Of a stretch of DNA of 64,000 bases, positions 49,626 to 62,679 are shown piece after piece; positions within the stretch are counted from its first letter, which is position 1, and the number at the start of each line of letters is the position of its first letter. A program made the position numbers and the translations under genes. Location: NCBI RefSeq assembly GCF_963921235.1, contig NC_086097.1, positions 21,826,001 to 21,890,000 of the forward strand. The letters run 5' to 3'. This DNA comes from Mobula hypostoma. Taxonomy: Eukaryota. The notes under the pieces are model-generated. The model was not told the DNA's origin. It did no database searches and saw only the letters and a list, made by a program, of their open reading frames with translations.

Positions 49626-51572
49626 TGGATCGGAGGGGTTTAATTGAATATGGGCTATATGCAGACAAATGGGATTTGCTTGGTGGACACCATGGTCAGC
49701 ATAGATGAGATGGGCCAAATGGCCTGTTTCCATCTGTATTACTCTGTTACTTGACAATCACTTGCATTCTTATGTTACATCTGCCACAATTTCTGCCTCA
49801 CTTCAAGAATCACCTTTCTTGTGTTCTGTTTTGGGATTGCATGCCATGATTTGCTCAGATTTAATATTTCAGAAGATTGTCGAGGGTAATGAGGTGTAAC
49901 CGTAGCCAGCAGACTTTGTAGTCTTAAAGGGACATACTACCTCCCCAGCTTGACTGACGAATGCATTGACCACAGGTTAGGAAACTGATGGGATTGGGAA
50001 CTATGCTAATTTAAAGGTAAAGATCTTCAAAGATTAGGTTTATTTGTCACACGTACATCAGAACATGCAGGGAAAAGCATTGCTTGCATCAATGACCAAC
50101 ACAGTCTGAGGATATGCTGGGAGGGAACAGCCACATTGTTACTCTTCTGAGGATCTGAGGACTCAATTTTTGGTTCTGAATGCTGTTATTCGCTTCAGTT
50201 GTTTACATGATTTTTATTTTTTTTCTTTCTCTTGTGCATCAACTGTTGGTCTTTTATTTTTATTTTTATTTTTATTTATTTCCTTTAAAATTGGGTTCCT
50301 TCTGGTTTCTTGCTTTGTGGCCACCTGTGAGCAAGCGGATCTCAAGGTTGTATAATTTATACATTCTTCGAATATAAATTAACTTTGAATCTTGCATCTT
50401 GAATCTTCTGGTGTCAACATAGCCTGTTCACAGCTTACTAACCCTAAACCGTAAGTCTTGGAATATGAGAGGAAACTAGAGCAACTGGAGGAGACCCACA
50501 CTGTCGTACAAACGTACAAACTCCTTACAGATAGCAGTGGGAATTGAACCCAACTCGCTGGCAATGTGAAGCATTACAGAAGCCGTTACGCTACCATGCA
50601 CCACCCCCCCGCCCCCCTGCCCTCTTTCACTGACATACAGTGCCGACATCGGTTCGAATGCCAAATCCCATAAAAACCCTCGCTAGGTCAGACGGATCAA
50701 ATCCTGACCCATGTCCTTGCCCAATACAACAACGTAAATCCCAACGTAATGCCTCTCACTGTCTTTGGAAATTTGTTGTTCGACCTGTGTGCTTAGCAGA
50801 CATATATTTTACTCAGGGATAGCTAATGCTATTCAGTAAATTTATAAGAGTAATTTAATCATGCTTTTAAATAATGTATCTAAAATGTGCGAACTTTGCT
50901 CTTGCATGTGCCTGACTTTGTCTGATCCTCGGTGTTGAATTACTGCCTTGGATGTAAACCGGCATCATGTTCCGGGCTCTGACACTCAAAGCACAGCTGG
51001 CACTCCTGATCCGGCCCCAGTATAATGAATGCAACAAGGTTGATGTAATGCAGATGAAAAGTGAATAGGGATGTCTGTGATGGGGCGGGTGGGCTAACCT
51101 TCCAATCCTGTGCAGTTTTTATTCTGACCAGACAATGGGAACAATACAGATGAAATAACATGCTATACTTTTAACTGTGGTATCCTATATTTTATCACCA
51201 AAGTGAGCTTGAGAGCTTCTATTCCACGCTAGGAGTGTGTGTTAAGAGAGGTGAGCTGTAATCTGAGTGTGCACATCTCCTCTTCTCTGGCAAGGATTAG
51301 ATGGGCGTGTTAGTAGGGTCTGGAACGCCACTGTTTCAGAGTAAGAATCAGAGTCAGGCTTATTATTACTGATGTATGCCATGGGTGCTGGGGTAGTGAT
51401 ATGCCTCTATCATCAGAATCAGAATCAGGTTTATCATCACTGGCATGTGTCGTTAAATTTGTTAACTTAGCAGCAGCAGTTCAAATACAATAGACAATAG
51501 GTGCAGGAGTAGGCCATTCGGCCCTTTGAGCCAGCACTGCCATTCACTGTGATCATGGCTGATCATCCACTA

Positions 51573-54557
51573 TCAGTATCCAGTTCCTGCCTTATCCCCA
51601 TAACCTTTGATTCCACTATCTTTAAGAGCTCTATCCATCTCTTTTTTGAAAGCATCCAGAGACTTGGCCTCCACAGCCTTCCGGGGCAGAGAATTCCATA
51701 TATCCACTACCCTCTGGGTGAAAAAGGTTTTCCTCAACTTGGTTCTAAATGGCCTTCCCCTAATTCTTAAACTGCAACCTCTGGTTGTGGACTCACCCAT
51801 CAGCGGGAACATGCTTCCTGCCTGCAGCGTGTCCAATCCCTTAATAATCTTATATGTTTCAATAAGATCCCCTCTCAGCATTCTAAATTCCAGCGTATAC
51901 AAGCCCAGTCGCTCCAATCTTTCAACATATGACAGTCCCGCCATCCCAGGAATTAACCTTGTGATCCTACGCTGTACTCCCTCGATAGCAAGAATGTCCT
52001 TCCTCAAATTTGGAGACCAAAACTGCACACAGTACTCTAGGTGTGGTCTCACCAGCGCCCTGTACAGCTGCAGAACGACCTCTTTGCTCTTATACTCAAT
52101 TCTCCTTGTTATGAAGGCCAGCATGCCATTAGCTTTCTTCACTGCCTGCTGTACTTGCATGCTTGCTTTCAGTGACTGATGTACAAGAACACCTAGATCT
52201 CGATGTGCTTCCCCTTTTCCTAACTTGACTCCATTTAGATAATAATCTGCCTTCCTGTTCTTACCACCAAAGTGGATAACCTCACATTTATCCACATTAA
52301 ACTGCATCTGCCATGTATCTGCCCAATCACCCAGCCTGTCCAAGTTACCCTGCATTCTCATAACATCCTCCTCACATTTCACACTGCCACCCAGCTTTGT
52401 GTCATTGGCAAATTTGCTAATGTTACTTTTAATTCCCTCATCTAAATCATTAATATATATTGTAAACAGCTGCGGTCCCAGCACTGTACCCTGCGGTACC
52501 CCACTGGTCACCGCCTGCCATTCCGAAAGGGACCCGTTAATCGCTACTCTCTGTTTTCTGTCAGCCAGCCAATTTTCAATCCATTTCAGTACTCTGCCCC
52601 CAATACCATGTGCCCTAATTTTGCCCACTAATCTCCTCTGTGGGACTTTATCAAAGGCTTTCTGAAAGTCCAGGTACACTACATCCACTGGCTCTCCCTT
52701 GTCCATTTTCATAGTTACATCCTCAAAAAATTCCAGAAGATTAGTCAAGCATGATTTCCCCTGCGTAAATCCATGCTGACTCGGACCAATCCTGTTACTA
52801 CTATCCAGATGTGTCGTAATTTCATCTTTTATAATTGACTCCAGTATCTTTCCCACCACCGACGTCAGGCTAACCGGTCTATAATTCCCTGTTTTCTCTC
52901 TTCCTCCCTTCTTGAAGACAGGGACAACATTAGCCACCCTCCAATCCACAGGAACTGATCCTGAATCTATAGAACATTGGAAATTGATTACCAATTCGTC
53001 CACGATTTCTAAAGCCACCTCCTTAAGTACCCTGGGATGCAGACCATCAGGTCCCAGGGACTTATCAGCCTTCAGACCCAACAGCCTATCTAACACCATT
53101 TCCTGCCTAATATAAACTTCCTTCAATTCATCCATTACCCTAGGTCCTTTGGCCACTATTACATCTGGGAGATTGTTTGTGTCTTCCATAGTGAAGACAG
53201 ATCCAAAGTCCCTGTTCAACTCATCTGCCATTTCCTTGTTCCCCATAATAAATTCACCCGCTTCTGTCTTCAAGGACCCAATTTTGGTCTTAACTATTTT
53301 TTCCCTTTTCACATACCTAAAGAAGCTTTTACTATCCTCCTTTATATTCTTGGCTAGTTTACCTTCATACCTCATTTTTTCTCCGCGTATTGCCTTTTTA
53401 GTTAACTTCTGTTGCTCTTTAAAAGTTTCCCAATCCTCCGGCTTCCCACTCGTCTTTGCTATGTTATACTCTTTCTCTTTTATTTTTATACTGTCCATTA
53501 CTTCCCTTGTCAGCCACGGCCTCCCCTTACTCCCCTTACGATCTTTCTTCCTCTTTGGAATGAACTGATCCTGCACCTTCCGCATTATTCCCAGAAACAC
53601 TTGCCATTGCTGTTCCACTGTCATCCCTGCTAGGGTATTGTTCCATTGAACTTTGGCCAGCTCCTCCCTCATAGCACCATAGTTCCCTTTGTTCAACTGT
53701 AATACTGACACTTCCAAATTTCCCTTCTCCCTCTCAAATTGTAGATTAAAACTTATCATATTATGGTCACTACCTCCTAATGGCTCCTTTACCTCGAGGT
53801 CCCTGATCAAATCCGGTTCATTGCACAACACTAAATCTAGAATTGCGTTCTCTCTGGTAGGCTCCAGTACAAGCTGTTCTAAGAATCCATCTCGGAGGGA
53901 CTCCACAAACTCCCTTTCTTGGGGTCCAGCACCAACCTGATTCCTCCAGTCTACCTGCATGTTGAAGTCCCCCGTAACAACTGTAGCATTACCTCTGCGA
54001 CATGCCAATTTTAACTCTTCATTCAACTTACACCCTACATCCAGACTACTGTTTGGGGGCCTGTAGATAACTCCCATTAGGGTCTTTCTACCCTTAGAAT
54101 TTCTCAGTTCTATCCATACTGACTCTATGTCTCCTGATTCTATGTACCCCCTCGCAAGGGACTGAATATCATTCCTCACCAACAGAGCCACCCTACCCCC
54201 TCTGCCCATCAGTCTGTCCTTTCGATAGGACGTGTACCCCTGAATATTCATTTCCCAGGCCCTGTCCACTTGAAGTCATGTCTCTGTTATTCCCACAACA
54301 TCCTACTTACCAATTTCCAACTGTGCCTCATGCTCATCCACTTTATTTCTTATACTCCGTGCATTCATATACAATACTTTTAATTCATTACTCCCCTCAT
54401 CTCCCATATCAATTCCTATTTCACTTGGCCATACTGTACGATCCCTTCTTGAGCTTTCTGCTCTGTTGATTCTGCTGTCATTCTTAACTTTTCTTATTCT
54501 CACTTTCCCTTTATCTCCATCCTTATGTTTCCAGTTCGTTCCCCCCCCCCCCCCCAA
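51573..54557 (-). pseudogene. CR1 ORF2 (APE endonuclease plus reverse transcriptase) with two early in-frame stops
   Basis: LYMNARSI in 54303-54557, stops near 54303 and 54277, then 898 open codons; catalytic motif reads FANDTK instead of FADDTK. Confidence 0.9.
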
Positions 54558-54561
54558 CTAC

Positions 54562-55488
54562 TTAATTTAAACACACCGGTGTTGCAGAGGCAAACCTGCC
54601 TGCCAGAATGCTGGTGCCCTGCTTATTAAGGTGCAACCCGTCCCTTTTGTACAATTCATCCTTACCCCGAAACATACCCCAGTGGTCCAAGAATGTAAAT
54701 CCCTGCTTCCTACACCAGTTCCTCAGCCACACATTCAGATCCATTATCTCCCTGTTCTTGACCACTCCAGCACGAGGAACTGGAAGCAAACCGGAGATAA
54801 CCAACCTGGAAGTCCTGCTTTTCAGCCTTCTTCCAAGATCTCTGAAGTCGCACTGTAGAATGTCTTTCCTCTTCTTCCCCACGTCATTTGTGCCGACATG
54901 CACCACCACTTCCGGATGTTCACCTTCACTCTTGAGGATTCCCTGCAATCGGTCTGTGACATCCTGGATCCCGGCACCAGGGAGGCAACACACCATTCTT
55001 AGATCTTGCCTGTTGCCACAGAAACCCCTTTCTGTACCTCTCACTATGGAGTCCCTTACTATCACGGCTCTGTCTGATGTCTGTCTCCTCGACTTTACCT
55101 CAGCGCCAATTGTTGACTCGCAGACCCGTCTGCCTCTCAGACTGGCACTGTCTTCTGTCCCGACAGCTTCCAAGGGGGAGAACCTGTTTACGAGAGGCAC
55201 ATCCCCCGGGGTCTCCTGTACTTCAAGTATCCTTTCCTTGCTCATTGTCGCCCCCCTTCTCTCTTCTGTTATCCTCAGTGTAACAACCTCACTGTAGGTC
55301 CTGTCCAGAAAACTCTCGTTCTCCCGGATGAACCTAACGTCATCCAGTTGCCTCTCCAGTGCTGCAACACGGTCCTTCAGAAGCTGAATCTGGACACATT
55401 TTCCGCAGGTGTGGGATCCAGAGGCACCATCAGTGTCCCTGACCTCCCACATCATGCACGCAGCATACTGAATCAGCCTAGCGGTCAT
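54562..55488 (-). CDS. CR1 ORF1p (Cys motif, coiled coil, SGNH esterase-like domain), 308 aa
   Basis: Open from ATG (MTARLIQ); YAAC..CGKC, LLKDRVAALERQL, RDS (GDS in the 23312 copy), HVGTND, DGLHL. Confidence 0.8.
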   Translation of the reverse strand: MTARLIQYAACMMWEVRDTDGASGSHTCGKCVQIQLLKDRVAALERQLDDVRFIRENESFLDRTYSEVVTLRITEERRGATMSKERILEVQETPGDVPLVNRFSPLEAVGTEDSASLRGRRVCESTIGAEVKSRRQTSDRAVIVRDSIVRGTERGFCGNRQDLRMVCCLPGAGIQDVTDRLQGILKSEGEHPEVVVHVGTNDVGKKRKDILQCDFRDLGRRLKSRTSRLVISGLLPVPRAGVVKNREIMDLNVWLRNWCRKQGFTFLDHWGMFRGKDELYKRDGLHLNKQGTSILAGRFASATPVCLN

Positions 55489-55720
55489 CTCTTCTCCACT
55501 TCTCCCCCTCTCCAACTGTGGCGTAGTCTCCACTCTCAGCCTCCTTGCTGAAGACTCCTGAGCCAAAGACTCACACTTTTCTCGCAAGGCACTTCCCTCG
55601 ACAAGGCCGCTCCCCTAGAGCGAGCCTTGCTTATATTAGCTGATAATCTTAAATCAGCTGCTCCTTCTCAGCCAATCCCCGCACTCGCTCCTTCACCTGC
55701 CGCGCCTCCGCCGTCCTTCT

Positions 55721-57405
55721 ATACATAATATAGAAGAAGAAGAAGAAGAAAAGAATAAATAAGTAAATCAATTTACAGCATGCGTATATTGAATAGATTC
55801 AAATCGTGCCAAAAAACAGAAATAATTGTATATTGAAAAAGTGAGGTAGTGTTCTCAGGTTCGATGTTCATTTAGGAATCAGATGGCAGAGGGGAAGAAG
55901 GGAAGTGTGTGCCTTCAGGTTTCTGTACCTCCTACCTGATGGTAACAGTGAGAAAAGGGCATGTCCTGGGTGCTGGAGGTCCTTAATAATGGACGCTGCC
56001 TTTCTGAGACACCACTCCTTGAAGATGTCCTGGGTACTTTGAAGGCTAGTACCCAAGATGGAGCTGACTACATTTACAACCCTCTGCAGCTTCTTTCGGT
56101 CCTGTGCAGTAGGCCCCCCCCATACCAGACAGTGATGCAGCCCGTCAGAATGCTGTCCAGGGTACATCTATAGAAGTATTTGAGTGTATTTGTTGACATA
56201 CCAAATCTCTTCAAACTCCTAATGAAGTATAGTCACTGTCTTGCCTTCTTTATAACCACATCGATATGTTGTGACCAGGTTAGATCCTCAGAGATCTTGA
56301 CACCCAGGAATTAAAACTGCTCACTCTCTCCACTTCTGATCCCTAATTTGAGGATTGGTATGTGTTCCTTCGTCTTACCCTTCCTGAATTCCACAATCAG
56401 CTTTTTTGTCTAACTGACGTTGAATGCCAGGTTGTTGCTGCGGCACCACTCCACTAGTTGGCATATCTCACTCCTGTACCCACTCTCGTCACCAGCTGAG
56501 ATCCTACCAACAATGGTTGTATCAGCAGCAAATTTATTTTTGGTATTTGAGCTATGCCTAGCCACACAGTCGTGGGCATAGAAAGAGTAGAGCAGAGGGC
56601 TAAGCACACACCCTTGAGGTCCACCAGTGTTGATTGTCACCGAGGAGATGTTATCACCAATCTGCACAGATTGTGGTCTTCTGGTTCGGAAGTCAAGGAT
56701 CCAATTGCAAAGGGAGGTACAGAGGCCCAGGTTCTGTAGCTTCTCAATCAGGGTTGTGGGAATGATGGTATTAAATGCTGAGCTATGGTCAATAAACAGC
56801 ATCCTGACATAGGTGTTTGTATTGTCCAGGTGGTCTAAGGCCGTGTAAAGAGCCATTGAGATTGCATCTGCCGTTGACCTATTACGGCAATAAGCAAATT
56901 GCAATGGGTCCAGGTCCTGGCTGAGGCAGGAGTTCAGTCTAGTCATGACCAACCTCTCAAAGCATTTCATCACTGTAGATATGAATGCTACCGGGAGATA
57001 GTCATTAAGACACCTCACATTATTTTTCTTAGGCACTGGTATAATTGTTGCCTTTTTGAAGCAAGTGGGAACTTCCCCCATAGCAGTGAGAGGTTGAAAA
57101 TGTCCTTAAATACTCCTGCCAGTTGGTTGGCACAAGTCTTCAGAGCCTTATCAGGTACTCCATCGGGACCTCCTGCCTTGCGAGGGTTCACCCTCTTTAA
57201 AGGCAGCCTATTAACATCAGCCTCTGAGGCAGAGATCACAGGGTCATCAGGTGCAGCAGGGATCTTCACAGCTGTAGTTATATCCTCCCTTTCAAAGTGG
57301 ATGTAGAAGGCGTTGAATTCATCTGGTAGTGAAGCATCGCTGTCATTCATACGATTGCGTTTCGCTTTGTAGGAAGTAATGTCTTACAAACCCTGCCAGA
57401 GTCGC
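55721..57405 (-). mobile_element. 5'-truncated Rex1/Babar LINE (3' tail displaced to about 51412-51484)
   Basis: [40 protein letters not shown]; same subfamily as 7050-8214. Confidence 0.9.
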
Positions 57406-57411
57406 CTCCAA

Positions 57412-57777
57412 CCAAAGGAGGTGTAAGGCACTCTTTCCCTCCGCTCGCCTGCAAGTCACTCTTGGGCAAGGTGTAGAACTCTGCTTAGCACCACCCCCCC
57501 CTCCAACCCCCGAACTGCACCATGTGTGGTGAATGGTCGTATGAGCAGCTGCTGCATTTTACCAGTACTGGTTATGTGACCACTGACACCAGACAGACAA
57601 TCTCTGAAGAGTATGGATAATGACTGGATAAGTATGGATAATCACCCGCCTTGTGAAGACACTGCCCAGAAGAAGGCAATGGCAAACCACTTCTGTAGAA
57701 AAATTTGCCAAGAACAATCATGGTCAAGACCACGATCGCCTATGTCATACGATACGGCACACAATGAATGAATGAAT
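57412..57777 (+). mobile_element. RTE-related non-autonomous element or SINE
   Basis: GAAGGCAATGGCAAACCAC motif typical of RTE-derived SINEs; (AATG)n tail. Confidence 0.6.
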
Positions 57778-57859
57778 CCCATGAAATATTTTGCATTGTA
57801 GCAGCAATACAGGGCAAGATAGAAACGTTACCATAGATACAAGGGATGTTGGGAATCCA

Positions 57860-58050
57860 GGGTAACACACAAAATGCTGGAGCAACTTAGCAGGTCAGGT
57901 AGCATCAATGGAAAGGAATAAGCAGTCGACATTTCGGCCCGAGACCTTTCACTGGGACTGGAAAGGAAGTACCCAGAAGCTAGAATCAGAAGGTGTGAAG
58001 AAGGGAAGGTAGGACGGAGAGGAAGAACGAAGAAAATGGGAAGTGATAAG
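57860..58050 (-). mobile_element. Old Penelope-like 3' end with decayed hammerhead (57923-57960)
   Basis: Reverse complement CAGTC-CCAGTGA-AAGGTCTCGGGCC-GAAA-TGTC-GACTG. Confidence 0.7.
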
Positions 58051-58279
58051 CAGAGGGGATGAAGCTGTTTCTAAGATGAAGAGTGTAGGTCTTCACACTC
58101 CTGTACCTCATCTCTAATGGTATCAACGAGAAGAGGACATGTTCTGGATGATGAGGGTCCTTAATGATGGGTGCTGCCCTCATCAGGCACTGCCTTTTGA
58201 TGGTGGGGAGGCTTGTGCTTTGATGGAGCTGGATGAATCTACAGTCCTCTGCAGCCTCTTTCGATCCTGTGCTTCAGGC

Positions 58280-61060
58280 TATAAGATATAGGAGCAGAAG
58301 TAGGCCATTCTGCCCGTCAAGTCTGCTCTGCCATTCAATCATGGGCTGATCCGATTCTTCCAGTCATCCTCACTCCCCTGCCTTCTCCCTATACCCTTTG
58401 ATGCCCTGGCTAATCAAGAATCTATCTATCTCTGCCTTAAATGCACACAATGACTTGGCCCCCACAGCCACTTGTGGCAACAAATTCCACAGATTTACCA
58501 CCCTCTGACTAAAGTAATTTCTCCACATCTCTGTTCTAAATGGACGTCCTTCAATCCTGAAGTGATACCCTCTTGTCCTGGACTCCTCTACTATGGGAAA
58601 TAACTTTGCCATATTTAATCTGTTCAGGCCTTTTAACATTCGGAATGTTTCAATGAGATCCCCCCCTCATTCTCCTGAACTCCAGGGAATACAGACCAAG
58701 AGCTGCCTGATGTTCCTCATACGGTAACTCTTTCACTCCTGGAATCATTCTCGTGAGTCTTTTCCGAACCCTCTCCAATGTCAGTATATCCTTTCTAAAA
58801 TAAGGACCCCAAAACTGCACACAATACTCTGTGTGGTCTCACGAGCGCCTTATAGAGCCTCAACATCACATCCCTGCTCTTATATTCTATACCTTTAGAA
58901 ATGAATGCCAACATAGCTTTTGCCTTCTTCGCCACTGACTCAACCTGGAGGTTAACCTTTAGGGTATCCTGCACAAGAACTCCCAAGTCCCTCTGTATCT
59001 CTGCATTTTGCATTCTCTCCCCATCTAAATAATAGTCTGCCTGTTTATTTCTTCCATCAAAGTGTATGACCATACACTTTCCAACATAGTATTTCATTTC
59101 CCACTTCTTTGCCCATTCCCCCAAACTATCTAAGTCTCTCTGCAGGCCCTCTGTTTCCTCAACACTACCCACTCCTCCACCTATCTGTGTATTTTCAGCA
59201 AATCTATTAATGCCATTGTCCAAATCATTGACATACATCACAATACCGACCCTTGTGGAACTCCACTGGTAACCGGCAGTCAGCCAGAATAGGATCCCTT
59301 TATTCCCACTCTCTGTTTTCTGCCAATCAGCCAATGCTAGTAACTCTCCTGTAATTCCATGGGATCTTATCTTGTTAAGCAGCCTCATGTGCGGCACCTT
59401 GTCAAAGGCCTTCTGAAAACCCAAGTACACCACATCTACTGCATCTCCTTTGTCTACCTGCTTGTAATTTTCTCAAGATATTGCAGTAGGTTAGTCAGGC
59501 AAGATTTTCCCTTCAGGAAACCATGCTGGCTTTGGCCTATCTTGTCATGTGCTCCAGTTATTCCATAATCTCATCCCTAACAATCGATTCCAACAACTTC
59601 CCAACCACTGATGTCAGACTAACAGGTCTATAGTTTCCTTTTACTGCCTCCCACTCTTCTTAAATAGCAGAGTAACATTTGCAATTTTCCAGTCATCCGG
59701 TAAAATGTCAGAATCTATCGATTCTTGAAAGATCAATGTTAGTGCCTCCGGAATCTCTCTAGCTACTTCCTGCAGAATCCAAGGGTGCATTCCATCAGCT
59801 CCAGGCGATTTATCCACCCTCAGACCATTTCACTTCCTGAGCATCTTCTCAGTCTTAATTTTCACTGCACTTTCTTCACTTCCCTGACACTCTTGAATGT
59901 CCAGTATACTGCAGATGTCTTCCACTGTGAAGACTGATGCAAAATACGCATTCAGTTCCTCTGCCATCTCTGTGTCTCTCATTACAATATTTCCAGCATT
60001 GTTTTATATTGGTTCTATATCTACCCTCAACTTTCCTTTACCCTTTATATACTTAAAAATGCTTTTAGTATCTTCTTTGATATTAGTCACCAGTTTCCTT
60101 TCATAATTCATCTTTTACTTCCTAATAACCTTCTTCATTTCTTCTGCAAGTTTTTATAAGCTTCCCAATCCTCTATCTTCCCACTGGCTTTGGCTTCCTT
60201 TGCCCTCTCTTTGGGCTCTGACTTTGCTTGTCTGCCACGGTAGTGTCCTTCCATTTGAAAATTTCTTCTTATTTGGAATATATCTGTCTTGCACTTCCCT
60301 CATTTTTTGCAGAAATTGCAGCCATTGCTGCTCTGCTATCCTTCTTGCTAGTGTCTCTTTGCATTCTACCTTGGCCAGTTCCCCTCTCATGCCATTGTAA
60401 TTTCTTTTCTTTCACTGAAATACTGACACAGTGGAATTTAGTTTCTCCTCAAATTTCAAAGTGAACTCAGTCATATTGTGATCACTGTTCCCTAAGGATT
60501 CCTGAACCTTAAGCTCTCTTACCACTGCCGCAGCATTGCTCAACACTCAATCCAGCACAGCTGATCCCCTAGTGGGCTCAACAACAAGCTGTTCTGAAAA
60601 GCCATCCCTTAGACATTCTACAAATTCTCTCTCTTGAGGTCCGGTACTGACCTGGTTTTCCCAATCCACTTTCATGTTAAAATCCCCAACGATTATCTTG
60701 ACATTGCCCTTCTGACACACCTTTTCTATCGCCTGCTGTAATTTGTTATCCACATCCCGGATGCTGTTTGGAGGCCTGTATACATCTGTCATTAGGTTCC
60801 TTTTACCCTTGCCATTTCTTAACTCAACCCCTAGAGACTCTATACTTTCTGATCCTATGTAATTCCTTTCTAATGAATTAATATTATTTCTTATATACAT
60901 AGGGCCACATCACCCCCTCAGCCTACTAACCTATCTTTTTGACAAACCATACATCCTTGGACATTCGGCTATGTTTCAGAGATGGCCACAACATCATACT
61001 TGTCAATCTGTAGCTGAATTTCAAGATCATCCATGTTATTTCTTATACTGTGTGTATTAA
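58280..61060 (-). mobile_element. Decayed CR1 ORF2
   Basis: YRPPNS, GDFN, FQKAFDKVPH, LYKALVRPH, VVNLWNLLP; many indels; a further CR1 3' fragment at about 61640-62250. Confidence 0.88.
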
Positions 61061-61204
61061 GAGGGTGGTGGAGGCAGAAATCTTCTTCACCTAAATGAGT
61101 ACTAAAGGGGCTAATACTCGGAGGACTATGGGATCAATGGCTGGGAAGTGCAAATATTGTCTGAGCATGCAGACATTGGGATTTGGAGTATTAAACCATC
61201 TGCT

Positions 61205-61335
61205 GAAGCAACTCAGTGGGGACGGGGGGAAAGAATTGTCAACATCTCGGGTCCTGGTGCAGGGTTTTGACCCAAAACATTGACAATCTTTCCTTCCACA
61301 GATGCTGCTCTACCAGCAGGTTCTTCTCCACCAAA
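61205..61335. mobile_element. Inverted pair of old Penelope-like termini with variant hammerhead
   Basis: GAAAGAATTGTCAACAT inverted against GTC-CTGGTGC-AGGGTTTTGACCC-AAAACATT-GACAATCTTTCC. Confidence 0.55.
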
Positions 61336-62679
61336 GGTATGTTTCTGACCAGCAAATTATGATGGATTGTAGAGCACCTGAGCTGCCAATTTCCATAACT
61401 TCAATGTTCACATTAGTTTCTTACAGAAGGCAGACAATTACCAGGACTATTTGAGAATCATGGTAGCTTGAGGATATGAATCTTTTTTAAAAAAAATATG
61501 GAAATAAAGTGTCTGTTTGCTGTAAAAGGTGACTTTAAAGCTGACAGATGAGCTTTAAAGTGAACAGATTCATTATTACCCCCTTTTCTGTATGTGACTC
61601 AGTTCTAGACAGACAAGCCTAATGTTCCTTTAAATACCCATAATTCTTAGCAGCAGAATTAGCCCATTTGCCCCGCCATTTCATCTTGGCTGATTTATTA
61701 TCCCTCTCACCCCAATTTCCTACCTTCACTCTGTTATCTTTGATGCTCTGACTAATCAAGAACCTACCAACCTCCACTTTAAATATACCCAAAGACTTGT
61801 CCCCACAATGAATTCTATAGATTCATCACCCTCTGGCTAAAGAAATTTCTCCTCACCTTTGTTCTAAAGGGACTTCCTTCCATTCTGATCCTGTGTCATC
61901 TGGTCCTAGACTCCCTCATTCTAGGAAACATCATGTCCTCTCCATCTAGGTCTTTCAATATTCATTAGGTTTCAATAAGATCCCCCTCATTTAATCTCTT
62001 ACACCCTTATATTGGTCCTCTCAAACTAAATGCTGACATTGGTTTTGCCTTCCTTACCACCACCTTAACCTGCAAGTTAACCCTTAGGAAACCCTCCATG
62101 AGGACTTCCAAATCCCATTGTACCTCTGATTTCTAAATTTGCTCCCTGTTTAGAAAAGAGTCTGCACCTTTATTCCTTCTACCAAAATGCATCACCAACA
62201 CTTCCTTATGTTGTATTCCATCTACCACTTCTGTGCCTTTTCTCCTGATCTAAGTACCCAGCAAGCCAGGTAGCTGCAGAAATTCAGAGAGAAGGTGACT
62301 GACTCCCACTTTCTCAGATGATTGAGAACATAGGGAGATCTATCACTCACACATACAATCAAAAAAGAGCCAGAGCCCCTGCTGTTGAAGACTCGGTCCC
62401 AAGTTAATTGGACTGGGGTGAGGATGACCTGATCTACAGGCATCCAAAGTTCAAAGTAAATGTATTATCAGATTACATATATATCACCATATACAACCAT
62501 GGGATTCATTTTCTTTTGGGCATGTTCAAGAAATCTATAGAAAAATAATCATAAAAGAATCAATGAAAGACCGCCCAACTTGGGCATTCAGCCATAGTGC
62601 AGAAGACAACAAACTGTGCAAATAGAAAAAGAAATAAATAATAATAATAAATAAATAAGCAGTAAACATTGAGAACATA

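Larger units (their letters stand above)
51490..55720 (-). mobile_element. Full-length CR1 LINE, recently inactivated
   Basis: GC-rich 5'UTR, ORF1, ORF2, (ACAATAG)n tail; inserted in a Rex1 3'UTR with ATACA at 51485-51489 and 55721-55725. Confidence 0.95.

Noticed and set aside
50641..50686. Possible + exon after a good acceptor, and similar short candidates at 16615 and 61427
   Set aside because: Weak donors, very short frames and no recognisable protein
51607..55297. Long + strand ORFs antisense to CR1
   Set aside because: Shadow frames of LINE ORFs, seen opposite most CR1 copies here
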